Shown here: piece after piece, positions 1 through 8,263 of the stretch
Layout: the number at the start of each line of letters is the position of its first letter
How positions within the stretch are numbered: the first letter of the stretch is position 1
From: an uncultured Bacteroidales bacterium
GTDB taxonomy: Bacteria > Bacteroidota > Bacteroidia > Bacteroidales > UBA7960
Direction: 5' to 3'
Assembly: GCA_964349365.1 (NCBI GenBank)
Contig: CAYGFY010000015.1
Coordinates: 5,166-69,165 of the forward strand
DNA length: 64,000 nt
The notes under the pieces: generated by a model
Seen by the model: the letters and a program-made list of their open reading frames with translations, nothing else
What the model was told of the DNA's origin: nothing
Databases searched by the model: none
Program-made: the position numbers and the translations under genes

Positions 1-1265
1 TGGGCTGTAATATTTTGGGACTTTGAAAGATTTTGGTTACCAACGCTTATGAAATGGTCAATGTTTTTTGAATTGCTTTCGCGGAAAGCTTTTTTCAGTT
101 CATCGAGGTACTGCTTGGCACGGCCATAGCCGCCGGGCTTCAAGAAATCGGTGCAAACCGTAACGGGCGAAAGCCCACATTTGACCAACTTGGAAATGTT
201 GAACGCCTGAGCACCCCCCGAAAACGAAATGTCGAGCTGGCCATGAAACTCCTGTTGCAATTTCAGGGCAAGGTTTATCGAAATGGGGTGAAGCGACCTG
301 CCGCTATTGTACATCATGGCGGCTTGGGCAGGAAACACATCCTTGTGGTTCACGCTTTCGAGGGTGTTGGTGAGTTTCAGACCGAAGTGCCTTTGGTGTT
401 TTTTTGCCAAGTTGGTAAGTCTTTTAATCATCGGCACGGCATCTTCCCACTTCAGGTCATGGCCGAATGCTTGGTCGGGTACAATGGTATCAAAGCCCGA
501 ATCAGCCATTATCTGGCTCAGTTTCTCCTTCCCCAAAAGGGTGGGGTTTAGCTTCACGGCGGTGTGCAACTTCCTGTCGCAAATAAGGTACGAGGCAATT
601 TTTTCTATTTCGTCGGGTGGGCAGCCGTGCATTGTCGAAAGGGTAACATTATCAGAAATCCTGCTTGAAATTTCTATGCTGCTTATCGGTGGGTAAATGG
701 ATTTAATTTCGTTGATTTTGCCGAAAAGTTCCTGGCTGCAATCCCCCATTTTATTAAGAAACCACTGAACGTTTGGTTTCATTATTCCCTCCAGGTTGTA
801 ACCAACGCTCATGTTGAAGATAAATCCGGGTTGACCGTTGGCATCCAATTTCAACTCGTGCCTCAAAATGTGTAGCATAATCCACGCATCGAGGTACTGA
901 TCGAATGATTGTTCAATCTTCAATTCTTGCGACCACTCGCAGTTGTAGCCCTCGTCTTGCATATCGATGCATGGTTTTGGAACTTCCAACTCATCGAGGG
1001 TTTGAACCGTTTTAAGTTCAATGAACCTTGAGCCGGTTAGCCAAGCTGCAATTATATTCTGGCTCAATTGTGTGTGTGGCCCGGCGGCAACTCCAATTGG
1101 CGTTTCTAAAATCTGGCCATAACGATTGGTAAAATAGGGATCGCTTGTTTTTGGACGGTGAAAATACACCGACGAAATGCCGAAAAAGTGCCCGTTGCGC
1201 AAATGGTTAAGTGTAGATGTTAGCAGCCTATCGAGCGAAATAGGATAAAGCTTGTCTGAATGCAT
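1..1265 (-). CDS. ygfK: YgfK-like oxidoreductase (putative selenate reductase subunit / selenium-dependent Mo-hydroxylase associated), N-terminal ~421 aa; 3' end lies beyond the window
   Basis: My own minus-strand translation from ATG 1265-1263 is open to base 1. It is absent from the ORF track because there is no stop in the window. Sequence: MHSDKLYPISLDRLL..PIGVAAGPHTQLSQNIIAAWLTGSRFIELKTVQ..FIFNMSVGYNLEGI..TLSTMHGCPPDEIE..KLNPTLLG..TDFLKPGGY. This motif series matches my recollection of the E. coli YgfK N-terminal DPD-like domain. Confidence 0.6.
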   Translation of the reverse strand, partial: MHSDKLYPISLDRLLTSTLNHLRNGHFFGISSVYFHRPKTSDPYFTNRYGQILETPIGVAAGPHTQLSQNIIAAWLTGSRFIELKTVQTLDELEVPKPCIDMQDEGYNCEWSQELKIEQSFDQYLDAWIMLHILRHELKLDANGQPGFIFNMSVGYNLEGIMKPNVQWFLNKMGDCSQELFGKINEIKSIYPPISSIEISSRISDNVTLSTMHGCPPDEIEKIASYLICDRKLHTAVKLNPTLLGKEKLSQIMADSGFDTIVPDQAFGHDLKWEDAVPMIKRLTNLAKKHQRHFGLKLTNTLESVNHKDVFPAQAAMMYNSGRSLHPISINLALKLQQEFHGQLDISFSGGAQAFNISKLVKCGLSPVTVCTDFLKPGGYGRAKQYLDELKKAFRESNSKNIDHFISVGNQNLSKSQNITA

Positions 1266-1628
1266 GACTCTTTGAAAAATTTTCGCAATTTAGTAAATAA
1301 AAAGGAAATTTGTGATGGATAATTTTTATTGGACTTGAAACTACTAAAGTTTTGGCTAAGAATTAAAAAAAAATTGGAGCGCGGTGTTACAAATGATTGA
1401 CCGCAAAGTTTTGCAAGTTAGTCAAGCTCAATAGATTAACCCTTTCGGTATTTTTTCTCAATAAACCTCGGCAGGAATTTAAATCCAAACCTGCAAAGGC
1501 TTTTTTGAAAAACAGGTATAAATGGTTCAATAAGTAAACATTTTATGAATGTTGAAACTGATTTTTTGCGTATTTTGCGCAGCACTTTTCTTGGGTATAA
1601 ATGGTCATTAAAGGTGTTAATCGAAACA

Positions 1629-2240
1629 ATGAATAACAAGTTCTCAACAATCATTCTTGCCGCTGGGCTTTCAACCCGAATGGGAATTCCAAAACGTGGC
1701 CTAATTATCAATGGCCACGAGAACTTTCTGTCGTTTTTGGTGCGGAGCCACCGGGAATTAAGTGCCAAGGAGATTTTCGTGGTGGGGAACTTCACTCCTG
1801 AAGAATTCCACGACATGCAAGAGGTGTTGACCCTTGACGATTTCACCTACGTGCATAACCCCGAACCCCAGAAGGGGAGGTTTCTTTCGATAAAACTTGG
1901 CCTTGAGGCTGCTGGCGATTCTTGCCCGGTTTTCTTGCATAACGTTGACAATCCGTGCTTCAATTCATTTTTGATGCAGGAAATGTTAAACAGAGCAGCC
2001 GGTTACGATTGTGTTGTGCCCATTCACAAGGGCAAGGGCGGTCACCCTGTTTTGGCCATGCCAGCCCTAATACCCAAAATAATTAACCAAACCCAAAGCG
2101 ACTTGCCATTGAATAAAATTTTAAACAAAAGCAAGAGGCTTTTGGTAGAAACAAATTGGCCAGGGATACACGTGAACATTAACACCGGGAATGATTACAT
2201 TGAGTTTTTGAAGAACGTTGCAAGGTTTAACATAAATTAA
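1629..2240 (+). CDS. MobA/MocA-like nucleotidyltransferase (molybdenum cofactor cytidylyl/guanylyl-transferase family)
   Basis: ORF 1545..2240. The NTP-transferase signature STIILAAGLSTRMG follows the internal ATG at 1629, which I take as the start. It is the first gene of a co-directional string with xdhC, xdhA and xdhB. Confidence 0.7.
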   Translation: MNNKFSTIILAAGLSTRMGIPKRGLIINGHENFLSFLVRSHRELSAKEIFVVGNFTPEEFHDMQEVLTLDDFTYVHNPEPQKGRFLSIKLGLEAAGDSCPVFLHNVDNPCFNSFLMQEMLNRAAGYDCVVPIHKGKGGHPVLAMPALIPKIINQTQSDLPLNKILNKSKRLLVETNWPGIHVNINTGNDYIEFLKNVARFNIN

Positions 2241-2386
2241 AGTGTTGAATGGGTTGATGTTTGGGTAAAAATTTTTTTAAACGGTTAACCCTTAAATATT
2301 TATACGCCATAAATAATCTTCTCAACACCTCAATCTTTTTCCGTTTTGCGAAATTAATATTAAATTTACGGCCAAAACCTACTTTT

Positions 2387-3154
2387 ATGACCGACATTAC
2401 CTTTCAGTTACACGTGTTAAGGGAGCAGGGCCAGCCGTTTGTGCTTTGCATTGTGGTTCATTCTCAGGGCTCTACGCCGCGCAAGGAGGGTGCCAAGATG
2501 GTTGTTTTTGCCGAGGGCTCAATCATTGGAACAGTTGGTGGTGGCCCCATTGAAATGCGCGCAATTGAAGATGCCCTTAAATGCCTCGAAGCAGGCAAAC
2601 CGGCACTTATTGCATACAACCTCGAAACAGACCTAGGCATGCAATGCGGTGGCAAGGTAAACATTTACTACGAACCCTTCCAGCCCGATCTTTGCCTTAC
2701 CATTTTCGGAGCCGGACATATAGGCCGCGAAGTGGGTGTTCTTGCAAAAAGTCTTGGATTCAAGGTGAGATACGTTGACAATCGAGAAAACATTTTCAGC
2801 GAATTTGACTCAACCCACGCCGAATGCATTGTGGGCGATTACCTCGAAAAGGCCTACAGCATTTCGTTCAAGCCAACCGACCTTGCCATAATTACCACCC
2901 AAGGACACGGCCACGACGAGGATCTTTTGGGTGTGATGGCCACCAAGAACTTGCTATACCTTGGTATGATTGGGAGTAAACGCAAGGTGGCAAAGGCCAG
3001 GCAGCGTTACCTCGATTCAGGCCAACTCACGCAAGAGCAACTGGATGGGGTAGAAATGCCTATGGGAGTGCCATTCAACGCCGAAACACCTCGCGAAATA
3101 GCCATAAGCATAGTGGCAAGGCTGATTGACGTGAAAAACTTGCAAAACAAATGA
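2387..3154 (+). CDS. xdhC: XdhC/CoxI-family molybdenum cofactor insertion/sulfuration chaperone
   Basis: ORF 2261..3154 starts at TTG; I prefer ATG 2387 (MTDITFQLHVL). It has an XdhC N-domain (PFVLCIVVHSQGSTPRKEGAKM) and a Rossmann-like C-domain (LTIFGAGHIGREVG). The stop overlaps the xdhA ATG (ATGA at 3151-3154). Confidence 0.8.
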   Translation: MTDITFQLHVLREQGQPFVLCIVVHSQGSTPRKEGAKMVVFAEGSIIGTVGGGPIEMRAIEDALKCLEAGKPALIAYNLETDLGMQCGGKVNIYYEPFQPDLCLTIFGAGHIGREVGVLAKSLGFKVRYVDNRENIFSEFDSTHAECIVGDYLEKAYSISFKPTDLAIITTQGHGHDEDLLGVMATKNLLYLGMIGSKRKVAKARQRYLDSGQLTQEQLDGVEMPMGVPFNAETPREIAISIVARLIDVKNLQNK

Positions 3155-4608
3155 TAGGAACCACCTTGAAATTCGTCCTCGACAACAAGTTGATCGAGAT
3201 TGACCTTTCTCAACAGCCTTTCGTGCCTTCAACCACGGTGCTAAACTACCTGCGCTCGTTGCCACACCGGCGTGGCACCAAAGAGGGTTGCGCCGAGGGT
3301 GATTGCGGCGCCTGTACGGTAGTATTGGGCGAACTTGGTCCCGATGGAAAAATACAATACCGTGCCGTTGATTCTTGCCTGCTTTTTCTGCCGGCACTGC
3401 ACGGAAAGCAGCTTATTACTATTGAAAGTTTAGCCCGGCGCAACGGAGCCGAGCTGAAATTGCACCACGTGCAAGAGGCATTCGTAAACCACCACGGGAG
3501 CCAGTGCGGCTTTTGCACACCCGGTTTCGTTATGGCTTTGTTTGCTTTTTACAAAAGTGCAAACGCCCCCACGCGCCAAAACCTCGTGGAGGGCCTTTCG
3601 GGGAACCTTTGCCGCTGCACTGGCTACCAACCAATCATTGATGCAGCAGTTGATTGCTCCAGCAACCGTCGGCCCGATCACTTCGACCAAGACAGCCAAA
3701 TGGTTGCCGCAATGCTTGCCGAAATTAAAAACCACCACAACGGCCTTAATATAAAGCACAAAAGACAGTGCTACCTTTTGCCTGCCACCTTGACAAAAGC
3801 CTTGCTGTGGAAGAAACAACATCCGGAGGCAAAGGTCGTTAACGGAGCTACCGACACGGCCATTTATCAGAACAAAACTTACCAGTATTTGCCTAAAATC
3901 ATTGACTTGTCGCAGGTTGTAGGTTTCGATGAAATTGTTGTTGACGAACAAAAGGCAACCATTGGAGCCGGTGCAAATATTGAACAGGTCAAGAAATTGG
4001 CACGGTCTCACTTCCGTGGAATGCTACCCGTGTTAGATGTTTTCGCCTCAAAACAAATTCGCAACGTGGCAACAATAGGCGGAAACATTGCAACTGCCTC
4101 CCCGATTGGCGATTTACTGCCCCTTCTCTTTGTTTACAAGGCAATGGTAGAGACTGGGTGCCATGACCAAAACAAGGTGATTCCCATAGAGGAGTTCATT
4201 ACCGGCTATCGTCAGAATTGCCTAAAACCCGACGAATTACTGCTTCGCATAATAATTCCGTTAGTGCCCGAAGATGTGATAATCCAAACCGAAAAGGTAT
4301 CCACCCGTCGCGAACTCGACATTTCAACATTGAGCATTGCAACCCGCCTTCAAGTTGACAATGATGGAATAATCAACAACGTTATAATTGCCTTTGGAGG
4401 TATGGCTGCAACTCCTAAACGAGCCTTTAACTCCGAAATGTTTTTGTTGGGAAAGGATGTTTCGGAAGCCACAATTAACGAGGCAGTAAAAATTCTCGAA
4501 ACCGACTTTTCGCCCATTACAGATGCCCGTGGCGGCAAGGAGTTTAGGATGGAAGTAGCTAAAAATATAGTTGCAAAAATGTTATGCAAATCTCGAAACA
4601 AACATTAG
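3151..4608 (+). CDS. xdhA: Xanthine dehydrogenase small subunit (2x[2Fe-2S] + FAD-binding)
   Basis: It carries Fe-S cysteine motifs CAEGDCGACTV and CGFCTPG..CRCTGY. These are followed by a CO-dehydrogenase-flavoprotein-like FAD domain (VVNGATD, IRNVATIGGNIATASPIGD). 485 aa. Confidence 0.9.
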   Translation: MIGTTLKFVLDNKLIEIDLSQQPFVPSTTVLNYLRSLPHRRGTKEGCAEGDCGACTVVLGELGPDGKIQYRAVDSCLLFLPALHGKQLITIESLARRNGAELKLHHVQEAFVNHHGSQCGFCTPGFVMALFAFYKSANAPTRQNLVEGLSGNLCRCTGYQPIIDAAVDCSSNRRPDHFDQDSQMVAAMLAEIKNHHNGLNIKHKRQCYLLPATLTKALLWKKQHPEAKVVNGATDTAIYQNKTYQYLPKIIDLSQVVGFDEIVVDEQKATIGAGANIEQVKKLARSHFRGMLPVLDVFASKQIRNVATIGGNIATASPIGDLLPLLFVYKAMVETGCHDQNKVIPIEEFITGYRQNCLKPDELLLRIIIPLVPEDVIIQTEKVSTRRELDISTLSIATRLQVDNDGIINNVIIAFGGMAATPKRAFNSEMFLLGKDVSEATINEAVKILETDFSPITDARGGKEFRMEVAKNIVAKMLCKSRNKH

Positions 4609-4625
4609 CTGTTAAACCTTGGTAA

Positions 4626-4758
4626 TCGAAATAATTGATGATTGGTAATAGTGATTAGTGATTGGTTATTTGCACGAGCAAAATGATCAAGAAAAAAAAT
4701 TACAGGCAGTAGGCAGTAATCTGCGAAAATTAGCGAGCCAATTTCAACCCGTTAATCA
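4626..4758. repeat. Intergenic word-repeat mosaic in the xdhA-xdhB spacer
   Basis: TCGAAATAATTG (4626-4637), GTGATTAGTGATTGG (4651-4665), GGCAGTA x2 (4705-4718), ATCTGCGAAAAT (4719-4730) and CGTTAATCA (4750-4758). The words and their order match 44748-44888. Confidence 0.7.
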
Positions 4759-4822
4759 AGTAAATCCGCAACCACCTGTTTTTGGTTTGTTAAATTACAC
4801 AAGAAATTTGTTTTTTTTCGAT

Positions 4823-7144
4823 ATGAAAACTGTAAATAGTTTAAGCCACGAGAGTGCCGTGCAGCACGTTACCGGCGAGGCCGTTTACGTGGGCGATATG
4901 GAGGTTGGCAAAGACATGCTATTCGGGCGAGTGGTTTATAGCCCTCACGCACATGCTCGGGTGGTTGATTTTGACCTTTCGGAAGCTCAGAAAGTAAAGG
5001 GTGTACAGGCAGTTTTGAGCCACAAAGATATCCCGGGAGCTAACCAGCTAAATCCGCACAAGGACGACGAACCGTGTTTGGCCGCCGGCCAGGTGATTTG
5101 CGTTGGTCAGGCAGTTTTCTTGATAGCCGCCCAAACCGAAGAGGCCGCCCGCGAGGCCGAAAAGAAAATAAAAGTTACATACGAACCCTTGGAGCCAATA
5201 CTTTCTATTGCTGATGCCAAGCAAAAAAACAGCAGGTTGGTTCGGCCCATTGTTTTTGAAATGGGCAACTTGCATGAGGGTATTAAAGCAGCAAAGCACG
5301 TTTTGACAGGCAAACTAAAAACAGGGGCACAAGAACACTGGTATCTAGAAACACAAGCCGCGTTGTGCGTTCCGGGCGAAAAGCGCGAAATGGTGGTTTA
5401 TGCTTCATCGCAAAACCCAACCGAAACCCAATTCGTGGTAGCCGGTGTTTTGGGCCTCGATGCCAAGGAGGTGGTTTGCGAGGTGAAAAGAATTGGCGGT
5501 GGTTTTGGTGGCAAGGAAACACAAGGAAACCACGTGGCCGCTTGGGCCGCCCTTTTGGCCGACCACACCAGAAAACCTGTAAAGCTGGTTCTCTTTCGCG
5601 ATGACGACCAGAAAATGACCGGCAAGAGGCACAGGTTCGAGTCGGATTACACCGTTGCCTTTGACAAAGATGGCCTCATTTTGGCTTACGAGGTTGACTT
5701 GAATGCCGACGTTGGATGCGCCACCGATTTAAGCATTCCCATTATAGAAAGGGCAATGTTTCATGCAACAAATGCCTATTTCATACCCAACATAAAAATT
5801 ACCGGCAATACTTGGAAAACAAACCTTCCTTCAAATACCGCTTTCAGGGGTTTTGGCGGGCCGCAAGGTATGGCAGTAATTGAAAATGCCATTGATAGGG
5901 TTGCTCGTTTCCTGAAAAAGGATCCAATTGAAGTTCGAGTGCTTAATTTTTATCAAGAAAATACAAGAAACATAACTCCTTACGGACAAAAGGTTGAGCA
6001 TATCAGGCTCCCGGTAATCCTCAAAAGAGTAATTGAGAAAAGCCATTACCACGACCGGCGAAAGGAAATTGATGCTTTCAACAGAGAAAACCTAAGTGTT
6101 AAGCGTGGTTTGGCACTCACACCCGTCAAGTTCGGCATTTCCTTCACGGCAACTTTTATGAATCAGGCTGGTGCCCTCGTGTTGGTTTACAAGGACGGTA
6201 CAATGCTGGTTAACCACGGTGGCACAGAAATGGGCCAAGGCCTTCATACCAAAATCAAGCAAATAGCCGCACTTGAAATGGGCACACTACTCGAAAAGGT
6301 CAAAGTCAATGCCACCAACACTTCAAAAGTGCCAAACACCTCGCCCACAGCAGCTTCGGCGGGCAGCGACCTTAACGGTATGGCCGTGAAAAATGCCATC
6401 GAAAAGATTAAAAAACGGTTGCTTCCATTGGCTGCTAAAATGATCGTGAGCAAGTATGGCGAGCAGCAACAGCAGGAGCCAACTTTTGAAAACGGGAAGG
6501 TTTTTCTCAAAGAGAACGCTGAAAAATCAATTGACTTTGAAACATTGGTTGATGAAGCTTACATGCAACAGGTTAGCTTGAGCGCAACCGGATTTTACCG
6601 TACACCCGACATTTTCTTTGACAAAACCACCCGGAAGGGGACGCCGTTTTACTATTTTGCATATGGTATGGCTGCCACCGAAGTTGAGGTTAATCTCGAT
6701 ACCGGAAACACACGCGTTTTGCGTGCCGACATAGTACACGATGTCGGAGAAAGCCTGAACCCGGCAATTGACATGGGGCAGGTTTACGGTGCTTACGTGC
6801 AGGGGCTGGGGTGGTGCATTACCGAAACCGTGAAGTGGGACGCAAAGGGTAACCTGTTGAACCACTCGCCCGACACGTACAAGATACCAACCATTGATGA
6901 TATTCCGGCTGAATTTAACCTGGAATTGCTGCAAGATGCCCCCAACATGATTAACACCATTAGGCGGAGCAAGGCAGTGGGCGAACCACCATTCATGCTG
7001 GCATTCTCTGCTTGGCTGGCAATAAAGGATGCCATTTCTGCTGTGGCAAACCACCAAGTCGAACCCTATTTCGAACTGCCGGCAAGCAACGAGTTGGTGG
7101 TTTTGGCGGTGAAGCAACTTAAATCTACTTTATCGGAAAAATAA
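4823..7144 (+). CDS. xdhB: Xanthine dehydrogenase molybdopterin-binding large subunit
   Basis: Catalytic motifs of true XDHs are present: IGGGFGGKETQ, NTAFRGFGGPQGM and RSKAVGEPPF. The ORF-track start at 4658 would translate the repeat-rich spacer, so ATG 4823 (MKTVNSLSHESAVQHVTGEA) is preferred. Confidence 0.9.
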   Translation: MKTVNSLSHESAVQHVTGEAVYVGDMEVGKDMLFGRVVYSPHAHARVVDFDLSEAQKVKGVQAVLSHKDIPGANQLNPHKDDEPCLAAGQVICVGQAVFLIAAQTEEAAREAEKKIKVTYEPLEPILSIADAKQKNSRLVRPIVFEMGNLHEGIKAAKHVLTGKLKTGAQEHWYLETQAALCVPGEKREMVVYASSQNPTETQFVVAGVLGLDAKEVVCEVKRIGGGFGGKETQGNHVAAWAALLADHTRKPVKLVLFRDDDQKMTGKRHRFESDYTVAFDKDGLILAYEVDLNADVGCATDLSIPIIERAMFHATNAYFIPNIKITGNTWKTNLPSNTAFRGFGGPQGMAVIENAIDRVARFLKKDPIEVRVLNFYQENTRNITPYGQKVEHIRLPVILKRVIEKSHYHDRRKEIDAFNRENLSVKRGLALTPVKFGISFTATFMNQAGALVLVYKDGTMLVNHGGTEMGQGLHTKIKQIAALEMGTLLEKVKVNATNTSKVPNTSPTAASAGSDLNGMAVKNAIEKIKKRLLPLAAKMIVSKYGEQQQQEPTFENGKVFLKENAEKSIDFETLVDEAYMQQVSLSATGFYRTPDIFFDKTTRKGTPFYYFAYGMAATEVEVNLDTGNTRVLRADIVHDVGESLNPAIDMGQVYGAYVQGLGWCITETVKWDAKGNLLNHSPDTYKIPTIDDIPAEFNLELLQDAPNMINTIRRSKAVGEPPFMLAFSAWLAIKDAISAVANHQVEPYFELPASNELVVLAVKQLKSTLSEK

Positions 7145-7933
7145 ATGAAACCATCAAAAGCCAAACAGTGGTACCAAACCCTTTTCGAAAATTATGCCGA
7201 AAGCTACGATGGCGAGTGCTTTGCACTTGGCACCTTTGGTGAGTGCAACTTTATTGAAAGCGAACTTGCCCATGATAAATCGCTCAAAATCATCGACGTT
7301 GGTTGCGGCACAGGCCGACACGCTATCGAGTTGGCCAAAAGGGGTTACAATGTTACCGGAATTGACCTTTCGGAAAACCTTTTGCATAAAGCCCGGGAAA
7401 AAGCCAAGGCAGCCGGGGTTAAAGTGACATTTTTGCATCAAGATGCCAGAAACCTGCCTTTCAATAACCAGTTCGATGGTGCTTTGATGATCTGCGAAGG
7501 GGCTTTTCCGCTAATGGAAACAGACGAAATGAACTTTGAAATCCTCGAAGGCGTTACTAGAGCTCTGAAGCCCAAGGCAAAATTCATTTTCACAACCCTC
7601 AACGGCCTTTTCCCGGTGTTCAACTCCATTGACCAGTTTCACGAAGAAGGACTCGCAACCGAAGGCAATGCAACCTACAAGAGCACCCATTTTGACATCA
7701 TGACATTCAGAGACCACAACATAACCTCTTTTACCGATGACCATGGAGTGCAACATGAAATTGAATGCAACGAAAGGTATTACCTGCCATGCGAGATAAC
7801 TTGGCTCTTAAAATCATTGGGATACACAAAAATAGAAATCTTTGGCTGCAAGCTGGGTGCTTTTTCCCGCCAGGATAATCTAACGATTAACGACTTTGAG
7901 ATGCTGGTGGTCGCGAATAAAAGTGCAGACTAA
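7145..7933 (+). CDS. Class I SAM-dependent methyltransferase
   Basis: SAM motif I is IIDVGCGTGRHAIELAKRGYNVTGIDLS. The ATG directly abuts the xdhB TAA (7142-7144). Confidence 0.75.
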   Translation: MKPSKAKQWYQTLFENYAESYDGECFALGTFGECNFIESELAHDKSLKIIDVGCGTGRHAIELAKRGYNVTGIDLSENLLHKAREKAKAAGVKVTFLHQDARNLPFNNQFDGALMICEGAFPLMETDEMNFEILEGVTRALKPKAKFIFTTLNGLFPVFNSIDQFHEEGLATEGNATYKSTHFDIMTFRDHNITSFTDDHGVQHEIECNERYYLPCEITWLLKSLGYTKIEIFGCKLGAFSRQDNLTINDFEMLVVANKSAD

Positions 7934-8263
7934 TAAAACGAAAAGCGAAGAATTTTAAAGGTCCTTGAGGTTAAAAGATGATAGTTTTGATTCATGGCAT
8001 TTGATTGAACTTTGCTTTCCGCGAAAATAATTCGTGTAATTCAGCGTTCCGTCAGCTGGCGGATTAGTTTACTCAGAGTTACATTTGTTTCATTGCCACT
8101 ACTTTGCCATACCAAGGCGATTTAAAGCCAAATTATAAATACTTGCAATGATGCGAAGGTCTGGGCATTAAATCAAGTTTACCTTGAAATTAGCGGGCGA
8201 TTCAAATTCCTAAGTTTAAATTTTTTGTTTTTCACAATTGTTTAAAATTTATCCAAGAATATT

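Noticed and set aside
243-696. Two plus-strand ORFs (102 and 129 aa) at the left edge
   Set aside because: They are antisense to the open minus-strand frame, which translates into a clear YgfK-like sequence across 1-1265.
4658-4822. N-terminal 55-codon extension of the xdhB ORF in the track
   Set aside because: The extension translates the tandem-word spacer (MIGYLHEQNDQEKK..) with no similarity to XDH. The conserved N-terminus starts at ATG 4823.
6527-7117. Long antisense ORFs inside xdhB (196 aa). Others lie at 14108-14752 (214 aa in the C69 peptidase), 20343-20966 (207 aa in DUF1015), 3430-4011 (193 aa in xdhA), 38271-38840 (189 aa) and 42925-43410 (161 aa in yfcC).
   Set aside because: All lie fully within better-supported genes on the other strand and have no recognisable domains. 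Their composition mirrors the sense gene. They are shadow ORFs.
7934-8263. A 330-nt untranslated region upstream of asnB, considered as a possible leader or riboswitch
   Set aside because: I could not find a convincing conserved fold, a terminator/antiterminator pair or a leader peptide by eye. It would need an Rfam scan before any claim.
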